Below, in pieces: positions 28,177-38,032 of a stretch of 64,000 bases of DNA (positions are counted from its first letter, which is position 1; every line of letters begins with the position of its first letter). This DNA comes from an uncultured virus (IMG/VR IMGVR_UViG_2687453124_000003). Its lineage: Duplodnaviria > Heunggongvirae > Uroviricota > Caudoviricetes. Made by a program: the position numbers and the translations under genes. The stretch lies in IMG/VR virus record IMGVR_UViG_2687453124_000003, one strand, 5' to 3'. The notes under the pieces were generated by a model that worked only from the letters and a program-made list of their open reading frames with translations, ran no database searches and was not told the DNA's origin.

Positions 28177-30146
28177 CAGTCACCGACTTGGCTCCCGCCG
28201 CAGATCAAGAGCAGATGGCTTTCCCTGTCGCAGCCCCTGCAACCAACGAGCCACGTGCACTGCGCGAGTTTCAGATCGAAGCCGCCGATGCGGTATGCGC
28301 TGCCTACAACCGTGGCGTCGTGGGACCGGCGGTCGTGCTGCCGACCGGGACGGGAAAAACGACCGTCATCGCAGAGCTGGCGCGCCGTGAGGTGACCAAC
28401 AGCGGCCGGGTGCTGCTGATGGCACACCGCGACGAATTGATCAAGCAGATGGCCATTGCCGTCTCAGCGGTGAACCCGGCCGGCCCCGTCCCCTCGCTGA
28501 TCGGAGGAGACAATCGCGATGACCCGACTGCTCAGATTGTCTCGGCCACAGTGCAATCACTACAGACTGAGACAGCCCTAGCCAGAATCGGGCACCGCGA
28601 CCTCGTCATCGTCGACGAGGCCCACCACGCGCCCGCCCGGACCTACCGCAAGGTGCTCGACCACTTCACTGCTCTGGGCGCGCGCCGCGCCGGATTCACC
28701 GCGACGATGATCCGTCACGCCCCGAGCAGGGACGAGCCCGCCTTGAGGACCATCTGGGAAGAAGTGGTTTTCGAGCGGGACATCAACTGGGCCATCGAAA
28801 ACGGCTTCTTGATCGCGCCAGAAGGCGTGACCGTTGAACTCCCGGAACTTGATGTCTCGAAGCTGTCCTCCGGTAGTGGCGGAGACATCTCCGACGAGGT
28901 CGCCGAAGAGGCGATGATGCGAGAGACCACGCTAAACGCCACTGTCGAGGCGGTGTTGACACGCACCGAGGGCCGCTCGTCCATCGTCTTTGGCGCTTCG
29001 TTGTTGCACTGCGAGCAACTAGCCAAGTCCCTTGTCGAACAGGGTGTTTCCGCCGAAGTGGTTGTCGGAGAGACCAAAACCCGCGTCCGTAACGGCATTT
29101 ACAACCGATTCCGACACGGGAGCACCCAGGTGCTGGTGACGGTCGACGTGCTCACCGAGGGAGCAGACTTCCCTCGCTGCGAAGCGGTCGTGCTGGCCAG
29201 ACCGACGCGCAGCCAGTCCAGGCTTGTCCAATGTGTAGGGCGCGCTCTGCGGCCACACACCTTCGAAGACGGAACCGTCAAAGACACCGCTCTCGTCGTG
29301 GACCTCGTGGGCGCCGGATCCCTCGGGCTGATCGTCAAGACCCGCCTGGACCCCGAACACCGCGAGAAGCCGGAGAGCGACGAAGACGGGTTCGGTTGCT
29401 TCTGCCAGCAGCCCTGCACAAGTGACGAGTGCGACTTCTCCTGCACCGGAATAGGTTGTGAATGCAACTGCACGTGTGCGAACGAGTCGTCTGAGTCAGG
29501 CCCAGCCAGCGACCCCGTGTCCAGTGTCCCCTGCACATGCACATGCACGCTGACCTTCGGACTGTGCCGTTGCGGTTGTGAATGCGACCTGCACCGGGTA
29601 GATCCGCTGCGGACTTTCGATCCGGTTACCGGCGACGTCCTAGCCGCCGGAAAACAGCGGCGAGGCGACTCCAGCTGGTCGCAGCGCACCTCCACGATCC
29701 GCTGGGTACACCACCCCCGCGGCCTCGTGCGCTCGGTGTACCGCGCCAACGGCCACAAAGGCGTACTGATGCTCGCCGATATGCGTGGTGTCGCGGGGAC
29801 CGTCGCGGGCCGTGATTGGGCCTTCGGATTCTTCGACAGCACGGTGCACCGCATGTTCTGGGTCGGCCTCGATGGGCAGTGGACCGAACCGGGTCCCCGG
29901 TGCTACCTGCAAGGGCTGAGCCTGGCAGAGGCAGACGCGCTGGCGCAGAATATCTTTCCCGATCACATGCGTGATCTCCCCCGCGCAAAGTCCTCCGATG
30001 CGCAGATCGACTTCGCGTCACAATTGGGAGTCCCCGACGCCGGCCAGCTCGACCGCCGTGACCTCAGCGACCTGATCGCACTCGCCCAAGCCGAGAAGTG
30101 GCTCCCGGCCTTCCAGCGCCCCGGCGCCGTTGAAACCGCAGCTTGA
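28173..30146 (+). CDS. SF2 DEAH-box helicase (Res/UvsW/Irc3-like) with Cys-rich insert
   Basis: LREFQ, LPTGTGKT, DEAHH, GFTAT, LTEGADFP, QCVGRALR. Confidence 0.9.
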   Translation: MTVTDLAPAADQEQMAFPVAAPATNEPRALREFQIEAADAVCAAYNRGVVGPAVVLPTGTGKTTVIAELARREVTNSGRVLLMAHRDELIKQMAIAVSAVNPAGPVPSLIGGDNRDDPTAQIVSATVQSLQTETALARIGHRDLVIVDEAHHAPARTYRKVLDHFTALGARRAGFTATMIRHAPSRDEPALRTIWEEVVFERDINWAIENGFLIAPEGVTVELPELDVSKLSSGSGGDISDEVAEEAMMRETTLNATVEAVLTRTEGRSSIVFGASLLHCEQLAKSLVEQGVSAEVVVGETKTRVRNGIYNRFRHGSTQVLVTVDVLTEGADFPRCEAVVLARPTRSQSRLVQCVGRALRPHTFEDGTVKDTALVVDLVGAGSLGLIVKTRLDPEHREKPESDEDGFGCFCQQPCTSDECDFSCTGIGCECNCTCANESSESGPASDPVSSVPCTCTCTLTFGLCRCGCECDLHRVDPLRTFDPVTGDVLAAGKQRRGDSSWSQRTSTIRWVHHPRGLVRSVYRANGHKGVLMLADMRGVAGTVAGRDWAFGFFDSTVHRMFWVGLDGQWTEPGPRCYLQGLSLAEADALAQNIFPDHMRDLPRAKSSDAQIDFASQLGVPDAGQLDRRDLSDLIALAQAEKWLPAFQRPGAVETAA

Positions 30147-30178
30147 CAGACCGAGCACGAAACGCAGGAGGAGGACCG

Positions 30179-31174
30179 ATGTCGATGACGCAGGAAGTGC
30201 GTGACGAGTTGAGTCGCGCCACATCAATACACCAGGGGTGCAGGCGTGTTCAGGTCGCAGCTATCGTCCGACTCGCTGGTGAGCTTCGTGTCTCCCGTAC
30301 CGGGCTGACGGTGCACATCGAGGTCGGCACCGGTGCCGTCGCGCGGTACCTGCGCCGGGAAATCGCAGCGCTGTATGGCCACAAAGCAGTAGTGATCGTG
30401 AACAGCGAAACCGGATTGCGCCGTGGTGCCCGTTACACGGTGCGCGTGAGCGAAGGTGGGCGTGATCTCGCCCTACAGACTGGTCTCATCGACCTGCGCG
30501 GCCGGCCCGTCACCGGGCTACCCGCGATGGTGGTCGGCGGATCACCGGGCGAGGTCGCCGCAGCCTGGCGCGGCGCCTTCATGGTCGCTGGATCATTGAT
30601 CGGACCGAGCCGATCCAGCGCGCTGGAGATCAGCTGCCCCAACCCCGAAGTGGCATTCGCGCTGACCAGCTGCGCGCGCCGGCTGGGTGTTCAGTCGATG
30701 GTGCGCACGGCTCGTGGCATCGACCGTGTCGTGATTCACGACCATGACAGCATCGGAACGCTCTTGACCCGAATCGGTGCAGACGAGTCGCGCATCTCCT
30801 GGGAGCGGCGAATCGCTCAGCGCGCAATGCAGTCGACCGCAATCCGGCTGGTCAACCTCGATGACGCCAACGCGCGTAGATCAGCACGAGCAGCGGCAGC
30901 CACGGCGGCCAAGGTGAAGCAGGCACTAGCGATTTTGGGGGCAGAAGCACCCGAGCACCTGGTGCACACCGGACAGCTTCGCCTGGATCACCGCGAGGCA
31001 TCTCTGGAAGAGCTTGGGCAGCTCGCCCAGCCGCCCATCACCAAAGACGCTGTCGCAGGCCGGTTGCGGCGGTTGCTCATCATGGCCGACCGCCGCGCCG
31101 CCGGAGAAGAGCAGGACGAGTTCGATTCAGAGCGCCCCGACGGTGGGGCCGTCCGACTCCTGGCAGGTGCGTAA
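30179..31174 (+). CDS. whiA: WhiA-family DNA-binding protein, copy 1
   Basis: MT.EVRDEL, AAWRGAF..GS, LEI.CP, NLDDAN.RRS, SLEELG....P.TKDAVAGRLRRL; GGAGGAGG RBS. Confidence 0.9.
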   Translation: MSMTQEVRDELSRATSIHQGCRRVQVAAIVRLAGELRVSRTGLTVHIEVGTGAVARYLRREIAALYGHKAVVIVNSETGLRRGARYTVRVSEGGRDLALQTGLIDLRGRPVTGLPAMVVGGSPGEVAAAWRGAFMVAGSLIGPSRSSALEISCPNPEVAFALTSCARRLGVQSMVRTARGIDRVVIHDHDSIGTLLTRIGADESRISWERRIAQRAMQSTAIRLVNLDDANARRSARAAAATAAKVKQALAILGAEAPEHLVHTGQLRLDHREASLEELGQLAQPPITKDAVAGRLRRLLIMADRRAAGEEQDEFDSERPDGGAVRLLAGA

Positions 31175-31177
31175 TCC

Positions 31178-31420
31178 ATGGATACCACCGATGTGTGCAC
31201 CTGCCCTGATGGCCGCAATCACGTGGACTGCCAAGAACATCGGTGTAGCGACATTCGCCAAGCCCTGGACACTTCCATCTGGATTGAGCTCGCCTGGGAG
31301 ATGGACCTCAACTGGGCGGGCAATGCCGGTGAGTTGTTCTGGCAGCACGGCCGGATCGAGCTGTGGACGTTCGACCAGCCCCCAACCGAGAAAGCACAGG
31401 AGACTAAGCATGTTGAGTGA
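31178..31420 (+). CDS. Hypothetical protein
   Basis: 80-aa ORF in operon. Confidence 0.45.
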   Translation: MDTTDVCTCPDGRNHVDCQEHRCSDIRQALDTSIWIELAWEMDLNWAGNAGELFWQHGRIELWTFDQPPTEKAQETKHVE

Positions 31421-31679
31421 CTGGGAATCCCACAACATTCCACCTTTCAAGTTGCCTGATATGAGCCCGCGGCATGCGCCAGAGACCTTGTTTCGGCCGC
31501 ACACGGTGAACGTTCAGCGCGATCAGGACGCAGAAGTCGTGATCGTCAGCATTTCCGGCAATCGACTGTTCAACGGAACACCGTATTTCGGCTGGCTCGA
31601 TACGTGGGAATGGGATCGCGATCGTGACCCTCGGGAGCCATGGATCGACGACCTTATCGCCGAGGTGGTGAATCGATGA
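31410..31679 (+). CDS. Hypothetical protein
   Basis: AGGAG RBS before MLSDW; distal part of ORF 31014..31679. Confidence 0.5.
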   Translation: MLSDWESHNIPPFKLPDMSPRHAPETLFRPHTVNVQRDQDAEVVIVSISGNRLFNGTPYFGWLDTWEWDRDRDPREPWIDDLIAEVVNR

Positions 31680-32014
31680 GTCCACGAAGATGGCCCATTG
31701 CGGCCGCACTGGCACTCGTGCTCACCGCCTGCGGGAATGGACCAGTTGAAGGAAAGGTCGTAGACACCGAGTACAGCCCCGCGTGGACCCAGTACGTGCC
31801 GGGCACCCCGGGATCAACGACATGCAGTGGGAGCCCGCCACGCTGCAACACATATCCCGGCACGCCGCCACAATGGATCCCCCACTCGGAATCTTGGCGC
31901 CTGAGATTGGACAACGGGAAAGAGATCGGCTGGCGCGAGGTCAGTCGGGGGGAATACGAGGCGTGCACGCGCGATCAGCACTACCCCGAATGCGCGAAGG
32001 GCGAGACTCGATGA
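31676..32014 (+). CDS. Small lipoprotein
   Basis: Lipobox LVLTAC after a basic/hydrophobic signal. Confidence 0.65.
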   Translation: MSPRRWPIAAALALVLTACGNGPVEGKVVDTEYSPAWTQYVPGTPGSTTCSGSPPRCNTYPGTPPQWIPHSESWRLRLDNGKEIGWREVSRGEYEACTRDQHYPECAKGETR

Positions 32015-32325
32015 GCTGCCGATACGCGACGAAGCGCCTGTTTCCGACAAGCGAACTCGCCCAGGCAGGCGCACAGGATATCCGCGCGACAGTGGAATCC
32101 GCGGGCCGCACTTTCCAGACGCTCCACCCATACAAGTGCCCCGACGACGCGGGGCACTGGCACCTTTCGCACTACCCGCAGGGCTTTGCCACCTGCTCAT
32201 GGTGCCGACGTCGCGCGGAGGCCTGGTACGGCGGGAAGTTCTGGGTGATGGCCGCACACACCACCGACGGCGGGCCTTGCCTGGGCGTTGGCGGCATGGG
32301 CAGCGACGGAGGTGACTCCCTGTGA
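32011..32325 (+). CDS. Small Cys/His-rich (Zn-finger-like) protein
   Basis: PYKCP..GHWHL, CSWC, H....PC; 4-bp overlap upstream; paralogous to the N-terminus of 37073..38032. Confidence 0.6.
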   Translation: MSCRYATKRLFPTSELAQAGAQDIRATVESAGRTFQTLHPYKCPDDAGHWHLSHYPQGFATCSWCRRRAEAWYGGKFWVMAAHTTDGGPCLGVGGMGSDGGDSL

Positions 32326-32409
32326 GCGATGCGCCGATGCCCCACCAGACCCTGTGCACGGGTCGCTTTCCTGCCTCGGGTCGTCAGCAGCCTGAGAGGA
32401 GCAAATGAA

Positions 32410-32667
32410 ATGGGGCGAACCCCGTACCTGGCCACGCTGACCGAGAATGGCACCCAGATCGAGCATTCCGACGCCTATGCACACAACTCGGCTGTCCGTA
32501 AGTCTGAAGCTCTGGTACGCAAACACGCCCGCACCCGTGGGATCACATTGACCGGTGACAAGCCGACTCGTGACGGCACCGTGTACACCCGCCGCTGGCA
32601 CGCATCAACCTGCGAAGTGATAGTCACAGTACGGCCGAAGTCGCCTGTACCCGAGGAAACCCCATGA
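32410..32667 (+). CDS. Hypothetical protein
   Basis: GAGGAG RBS; distal part of ORF 32329..32667. Confidence 0.45.
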   Translation: MGRTPYLATLTENGTQIEHSDAYAHNSAVRKSEALVRKHARTRGITLTGDKPTRDGTVYTRRWHASTCEVIVTVRPKSPVPEETP

Positions 32668-32980
32668 GCGCCGCCGAGGTGCCCACGAGCATCGCCCAGC
32701 AGTACCCAGCGCGCACCGACACCAACGGAAACACCTGGTACCGGCAGTGCGCCCCAAGGGATTTGACTTCGATCAGTGGGGCTGGACGTCCGACCCCGCG
32801 CAGGCTGATCCGAGCTACGCAGCCGATGCGGCGTCCTGCACCTTGACGGCGCCGGGCACTTCGTTGACGCCGGAGGACCGCGCTGCTGTCTTGGAGTTCC
32901 GGCAGTACCTCACCGGCGTGTCCCTCCCATACTTGCCGGTTCTCGTCGACGTTCCCAGCCACACCACTGATCAGGGATAG
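32664..32980 (+). pseudogene. Probable frameshifted small gene
   Basis: Two overlapping ORFs (32664..32846, 32747..32980) join into ..TWYRPVRPKGFDFDQWGW.. if one base is added near 32744. Confidence 0.4.
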
Positions 32981-32989
32981 GAGCATCCG

Positions 32990-33958
32990 GTGAATCCACT
33001 GACGCAACAGGTCAAATACGAACTGAATCGTGTACTTCCGTCCGTCAACGACAAGCCTTCGACCAGACGTGCGCAGGTCTCAGCGATGCTGCGCTTCGGC
33101 GGCGGGTTTTTCAGCGAGTGCCGCCGCTGCTGGATCGACGTCGAGCTCGATACGCGCGAAGCCGCGGTGTTCTTGCGCGACGAGATCACCAAGCTCTTCG
33201 ACGCGGCGCCGCGCGCGTTCGAGCTCTCGGCGGGAACCTTCAAGGTGCGCCAGATACATCGCGCCCACAACCTAGCGGTGCAGGTGGGCCTGCTCACCCC
33301 GTCGGGTCGACCGGTGGTAGGGATGGCGCCGACGGTGGTCGCCGGCACACGCGCTGACGCGGCAGCCGCACTTCGCGGTGCGTTCTTGGCACGCGGACAG
33401 ATCATCACCCACGAGCTCCGCCGACCTCGCCTCGAGGTTGTGTGCCCGACTGCCCCGGCGGCGATGGCACTTGGTGGGTTCGCCCGCCGCCACGGAGTAC
33501 AGAGTCAGATGCGCGAATACACCCGCGACGGAGCATCTGTCGACGTATTCGAGATTCGCAAGACCCTGGAGATAGGCATGTTCCTCATAGCCGTGGGAGC
33601 ACCCGACGCTGCGCACACCCTCATGAGCACGCACCGCGAATCGATACGTGTCGAGAACCTCGAGGCTGCCAACAGATCCAGGTTCATCCAGGCAGCACAC
33701 GACCAAGCCGAATCAGTGGGGCGTGCGCTCCGAATTCTCGGCGATGACGTGCCACCGCAGCTGGCCGAGGCGGCGCGACTACGCCTGGAGAACCCGGAAG
33801 CCAGAATGAGCGAGCTTGCAGCCAAGGCCGATCCCCCGATCACCAAGGACGCCTACGCCGGCCGAATCTGGCGCCTGCTGCAGCGCGCCGAGGAGCGCGC
33901 GAGGTCACAAGACGTAAGCGAACCGGCAGCAGTTTCCGACAATGCTGCCGTTCGATAG
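32990..33958 (+). CDS. whiA: WhiA-family DNA-binding protein, copy 2 (more divergent)
   Basis: LT.QVK.EL, LRGAFLA.G, LEVVCP, NLEAAN, LRL.NPEA...EL....DPPITKDAYAGRIWRL. Confidence 0.8.
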   Translation: MNPLTQQVKYELNRVLPSVNDKPSTRRAQVSAMLRFGGGFFSECRRCWIDVELDTREAAVFLRDEITKLFDAAPRAFELSAGTFKVRQIHRAHNLAVQVGLLTPSGRPVVGMAPTVVAGTRADAAAALRGAFLARGQIITHELRRPRLEVVCPTAPAAMALGGFARRHGVQSQMREYTRDGASVDVFEIRKTLEIGMFLIAVGAPDAAHTLMSTHRESIRVENLEAANRSRFIQAAHDQAESVGRALRILGDDVPPQLAEAARLRLENPEARMSELAAKADPPITKDAYAGRIWRLLQRAEERARSQDVSEPAAVSDNAAVR

Positions 33959-33981
33959 ACCAGCACCGCCAAAATAGTGAT

Positions 33982-34000
33982 ATTCTCTATTTTAGAGAAT
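33982..34000. promoter_or_regulatory. 19-bp palindromic operator, copy 4 (ATTCTCTATTTTAGAGAAT)
   Basis: Perfect consensus abutting the AGGAG RBS of the gene at 34012. Confidence 0.85.
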
Positions 34001-34011
34001 AGGAGCGGGCC

Positions 34012-34278
34012 ATGAAACGGTACAACACCCAGGAGAGGCTTCGTCAAACGCCAGCGGCGAAATTGGAACACGGCGACCATGTCGTGGTCCCGGGATTTCT
34101 CGCCACCTACGCCGAAGACGCAGAAGGCTGGGCAAGTTATCGCGCAGACAGCGGCACTCGATACGAGATCCAATCGAATGCGAACGGGATCCTTTCGGCG
34201 AAACGTTTAGACAATGGGGCCATCATTACGCAGGCCATTCCTGGCGGCGCAACGCTGCTCAAAGTTTTCGAGACATAA
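34012..34278 (+). CDS. Hypothetical protein
   Basis: 88 aa, AGGAG RBS. Confidence 0.6.
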   Translation: MKRYNTQERLRQTPAAKLEHGDHVVVPGFLATYAEDAEGWASYRADSGTRYEIQSNANGILSAKRLDNGAIITQAIPGGATLLKVFET

Positions 34279-34294
34279 GGTTGGAACTACTGGC

Positions 34295-34930
34295 ATGAGC
34301 TACTATCCCGATCGAATGAAACTGCGCCCCTTGGAGAATTGGCCCGGAACGTTTCCAAGCCTGCACATCCGCTCCCCTTTCTCGGCGCCACTGCGGACGA
34401 CACTCGAAGAGCTCGACCGTGAGTTATCGTTCCTCGGCTCGGACGGCTCGAACGCCCCGTCCGTACTCGAGGTCGCCCTCCGAGAGCGCGATTTCCGGGT
34501 CGACGGCCTGCCACGAGCCGATGCACGGACACAGCACCCAGGCGTGATTCTGCGTATCGAGTCACGCTTCGGCCCTCTGTCGTACCCCGCGGCGAAGTTC
34601 CAGACCTGGCAGGACAATCTGCGTGCCATCACGCTCGGACTCAACGGACTGCGTCGTCTTGACCGCTACGGAATAACCCCCGGAAGCGAGCAGTACACCG
34701 GTTGGAAGCAGCTTCCGTCGGCAGGACAATCGAATATTGCGGTACCCAGCGCGGATGAGGCGGAACGGATCATCCGCCTGGCAGCCGGTGATCAGAATTC
34801 AGCGCTCGACAAGGCTTATCGCGCCGCACGGGGCAAGTCGCATCCCGACCGCAACAACGGGGACCGAGGTGGATGGGATCTCGTCGAAGTTGCGGGCGAT
34901 GTTCTTCGCCGCGCTGGCCGTCTGACGTAA
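34295..34930 (+). CDS. Phage/plasmid-type protein with C-terminal J-domain-like motif
   Basis: DG.PRA..PGV, WQDNLRAI..L..LR..DRYG, AYR....HPD. Confidence 0.7.
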   Translation: MSYYPDRMKLRPLENWPGTFPSLHIRSPFSAPLRTTLEELDRELSFLGSDGSNAPSVLEVALRERDFRVDGLPRADARTQHPGVILRIESRFGPLSYPAAKFQTWQDNLRAITLGLNGLRRLDRYGITPGSEQYTGWKQLPSAGQSNIAVPSADEAERIIRLAAGDQNSALDKAYRAARGKSHPDRNNGDRGGWDLVEVAGDVLRRAGRLT

Positions 34931-35041
34931 ACGACTGCGACGACCTGTACCTATGTCCCACTACCCGCCCGATACCTGCTGATACTTACCCGCCGTCGAC
35001 CCCTCGTTATCGCCAATCACATCGAAAGGACTCGAGCAGCC

Positions 35042-35383
35042 TTGAGCGACAAAGAGGCACTACCCGCTGGTACTGAAGTCGTCATCTACGGACAACCACT
35101 TTGGCTTGGCGTGATCGTGAGTGGTCCGGACGAGAACCTACTAGGCAACGTGTCTTATCGGATCCGTTGTGAGAACGGAGAAATCGTCAAACGGGCACCG
35201 TCGATTGTCGTGCGACGCACCGACTTCGCCACCAGCTGGCATGTCTGGAAAGACGACCAGGTCATCGCCGGCGGCCCAGAAATCTCACGCGAACGAATGG
35301 ACCAGTATGCCGCTGAGCACGGTGGAGAGGTCCTCTACGGCTGGCCAGAAGGTCATCCGGAAGCGCAGGCACCGGCGCAGTGA
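35042..35383 (+). CDS. Hypothetical protein
   Basis: 113-aa ORF in plus-strand cluster. Confidence 0.5.
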   Translation: MSDKEALPAGTEVVIYGQPLWLGVIVSGPDENLLGNVSYRIRCENGEIVKRAPSIVVRRTDFATSWHVWKDDQVIAGGPEISRERMDQYAAEHGGEVLYGWPEGHPEAQAPAQ

Positions 35384-35405
35384 ACTGAAAGGACTATGAA
35401 CCACC

Positions 35406-36236
35406 GTGAGTGACAAGACCATTGCGCGCATCGCCGCGCTGCTGAACAAAGCGGACAACACCGACAACGAGCACGAGGCCGACGCGTTCCTCAAGGCCGC
35501 ACAGCGCATCGCCACGCTCGAATCGATCGACCTGGCCAAAGCACGGGCACACACTCGGTCCAAGGAATCGACGACGCCAGAGCAGCGGGAGATTGTCATA
35601 GGAGAGCGCCGCCAACGAGGCTTGACCACACTCATCGAGCTGTTCTTGGAGATCGCCGCGGCCAACGATGTGCGCGTAGCTGTGGCACACAACAACACGC
35701 GGGTCTACGCCCACGGGTACCGCGATGACATCGACGTGGTGCAGGCACTGTACGTTCGCCTGCTCCCGCAAATGGCCGCGGCTAGCCGCGCGTTCCTGGC
35801 GCGCGGGGACTACCAGCGTGAGGAAGTGCCGTATTCGGTCCTGGTTCGCGACCGTGGCACCGGCGCCCAGGTCTGGGAAACGCGCTACAAGCCCATGGCC
35901 ACGATCACCGCGCGACTGGAGTTCCAGGTGGGGTTTGCACGGCGCATCGGCCAGCGGCTCTGGGAAGCCCGACGCGACGCCGAGGCCGAGTCTCGCGCGA
36001 CCGATCCCATCGACCCTGGACAAGGTGCATCCACAGAGCTGGTTCTGGCAGACAAGCGCAAGGCAGTGGCGGACTACTACAAGAAGTACTCGAACACCGG
36101 TCGGCGAACACACCGTGGATACCGCCCCAACACCGTGAGCTTCGTCAGTCGCGACGCCGGCGACCGTGCTGGACAGCGCGCGAAGCTGGGTGCTGATACC
36201 GAGATCGCCCACGCCAAGGCCGCGTTGAGCGCCTGA
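35406..36236 (+). CDS. DUF2786 domain protein
   Basis: IARIAALL.KA..T.NEHEADAF...AQ..AT...ID N-terminus. Confidence 0.8.
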   Translation: MSDKTIARIAALLNKADNTDNEHEADAFLKAAQRIATLESIDLAKARAHTRSKESTTPEQREIVIGERRQRGLTTLIELFLEIAAANDVRVAVAHNNTRVYAHGYRDDIDVVQALYVRLLPQMAAASRAFLARGDYQREEVPYSVLVRDRGTGAQVWETRYKPMATITARLEFQVGFARRIGQRLWEARRDAEAESRATDPIDPGQGASTELVLADKRKAVADYYKKYSNTGRRTHRGYRPNTVSFVSRDAGDRAGQRAKLGADTEIAHAKAALSA

Positions 36237-36237
36237 C

Positions 36238-36768
36238 ATGTCGACACGCGACTTTCAACGCCAGGCCGTGTACGACGCCGAAATCATCGTGCGCCGACTG
36301 TTCGATAATGCCCGCACAGGGCAGAACCCCGTTGTCACGCTCGGGGGCGTCACCCTCACATTGCCGCCCGAAGCGTTGTTCGGTGACCTACAGAGCGCCG
36401 AGACGCATGCCAACCGAGTCCTGGCCCTGCCGCAGGTCCAAGAACGGTTCGGAGCCGCCAGAGCGGTTCGGGTGCGCCGCCGGAAAGGTCTGCATTTCGC
36501 GCACTACGAGCCACGAAGAGCCGCGATCGCGATACCCGATGAACATCATTGGGCGCTGCGTGAGCTCGTGCTGCTTCATGAGCTGGCGCATCATCTCGAC
36601 CCGTCCCGGAAAGATGTAAGTCACTGCGTTCACGGGCCAGTGTTCATCGATACCTACTTCACCCTCTTGGAATTGGTGATGGCACCCGAAGCCGCGCTAG
36701 CGGCACGGATCATCTTCCGCGACAACGACATTGTCCACTCAACCCCTCGGAATTCGGAGGCGTCGTGA
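36238..36768 (+). CDS. HExxH metallohydrolase (TIGR04338/Rv0185-like)
   Basis: RD.QR..VY.AE, WALRELVLLHELAHHL, HGP.F; adjacent to DUF2786 as on actinobacterial chromosomes. Confidence 0.8.
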   Translation: MSTRDFQRQAVYDAEIIVRRLFDNARTGQNPVVTLGGVTLTLPPEALFGDLQSAETHANRVLALPQVQERFGAARAVRVRRRKGLHFAHYEPRRAAIAIPDEHHWALRELVLLHELAHHLDPSRKDVSHCVHGPVFIDTYFTLLELVMAPEAALAARIIFRDNDIVHSTPRNSEAS

Positions 36769-37076
36769 AGTATCCCGCAGATTTCGTGAGCGCCGATCTC
36801 GGCTGGTGCCGTATCCATCGTGGTCACGGTCTGGAAGTGAATGAACTACTGGCGGACCTGACAGAGTGCGGTGGGAGCGCGCGGCGCGACGGTGAGGAGA
36901 CCATCGTCGAGCAAGTCCACCTGTACTACCAACCGCGCATCAAATGGTGCGGTCGCCACGGCGATCCGTGTGACAACGAAGGCGAATGGCACGGTCACTG
37001 GTTCGCGGCTCGTCCGAGCACCGACACAGCGTTCACCCTGGTCTACTGGGGCAGACCAAAGGAGGCAGCCGCGTGA
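36765..37076 (+). CDS. Hypothetical protein
   Basis: 103 aa, GGAGG RBS, overlaps on both sides. Confidence 0.55.
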   Translation: MKYPADFVSADLGWCRIHRGHGLEVNELLADLTECGGSARRDGEETIVEQVHLYYQPRIKWCGRHGDPCDNEGEWHGHWFAARPSTDTAFTLVYWGRPKEAAA

Positions 37077-38032
37077 CATGCCGTTACAGCGCCGAGCCCG
37101 AATTCCCAACACGGAAGGCCGCAGACGCCGGCGCAGAGGCCCGCAAGCGCGAGCTGGAAGCGGAGTTTCAGGGTCGCATTCGGCAGCCGTGGTATCCCTT
37201 TCCCTGCCCAGACGGTAACCACTGGCACTTGGCCCTCTCTCCGCAAGGCCCTGCGATCTGCCCATGGTGCCGGCTTGTGAGGACTGCGTGGTACGGCGGC
37301 CTGGACCACGAGGCGTGGGTCATGGCGGATCACCGCGGAGTTGACGGGCGGCCCTGCCCAGCTGTAACGCTCCCAGCGCTGCGCATGGTCCCTTTCACGG
37401 CCGCCCGTCCTGTCTGGATTCTCGGTTTTGAGGACGTGTTGAGCCGGCATCGCTCAGGCGCTCCGGGGGCCTCCTGTGAGATCGACTTGGCGACGCAGGG
37501 TGTAACTCGGTATCTGGAGCCTTGGAGTCAGCGTTGGTCACCGGAGCTCTGCAGCTTAATCTCCAAAGCGGTGAGCGTTGGAATCGATGTGCGCTGGCTG
37601 GTTCTGTCGCACCCCGGTGTCGCGGTCCTTCGAGCCTTTACCGACGCCTTGGCAGGTGACCTGCCAGACATCCCGATCCTCACTGAGCTCGATATGCCAC
37701 GCGAGTATCGACTTCCCCGTCACGGGTTCACCGGTACGGGCATTGAGCCGGGCTGGGAATCTGACGCTGTGATGGCGTTGGTTCCGCAAGCCTCTCCCCT
37801 GCTCTGGACTCCAAGCTTTCAATGCGCCTGCGATTCGGAATTTGTGTGCGGCAGTGACCGCGTGGACCGCACCACGAAAAGCGTAGTGCGCCGGCGCGAA
37901 GGATCAACCACGGTGATCACTCCGAAATCCATCCGCGGCCGGATAACGTTCATGACCGATCACGACATGAAGACGATCGCTAAATGGGTGCGCTGGAACG
38001 ACCAGGAAGAAGGGGCAAGTGGGAGCTGTTGA
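37073..38032 (+). CDS. Zn-finger-like domain fused to a degenerate HAD-like domain
   Basis: N-terminus paralogous to 32011..32325; RPVWILGFEDVL..WSPEL..VRWL resembles RNA-repair-type HAD with DxD lost. Confidence 0.5.
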   Translation: MTCRYSAEPEFPTRKAADAGAEARKRELEAEFQGRIRQPWYPFPCPDGNHWHLALSPQGPAICPWCRLVRTAWYGGLDHEAWVMADHRGVDGRPCPAVTLPALRMVPFTAARPVWILGFEDVLSRHRSGAPGASCEIDLATQGVTRYLEPWSQRWSPELCSLISKAVSVGIDVRWLVLSHPGVAVLRAFTDALAGDLPDIPILTELDMPREYRLPRHGFTGTGIEPGWESDAVMALVPQASPLLWTPSFQCACDSEFVCGSDRVDRTTKSVVRRREGSTTVITPKSIRGRITFMTDHDMKTIAKWVRWNDQEEGASGSC

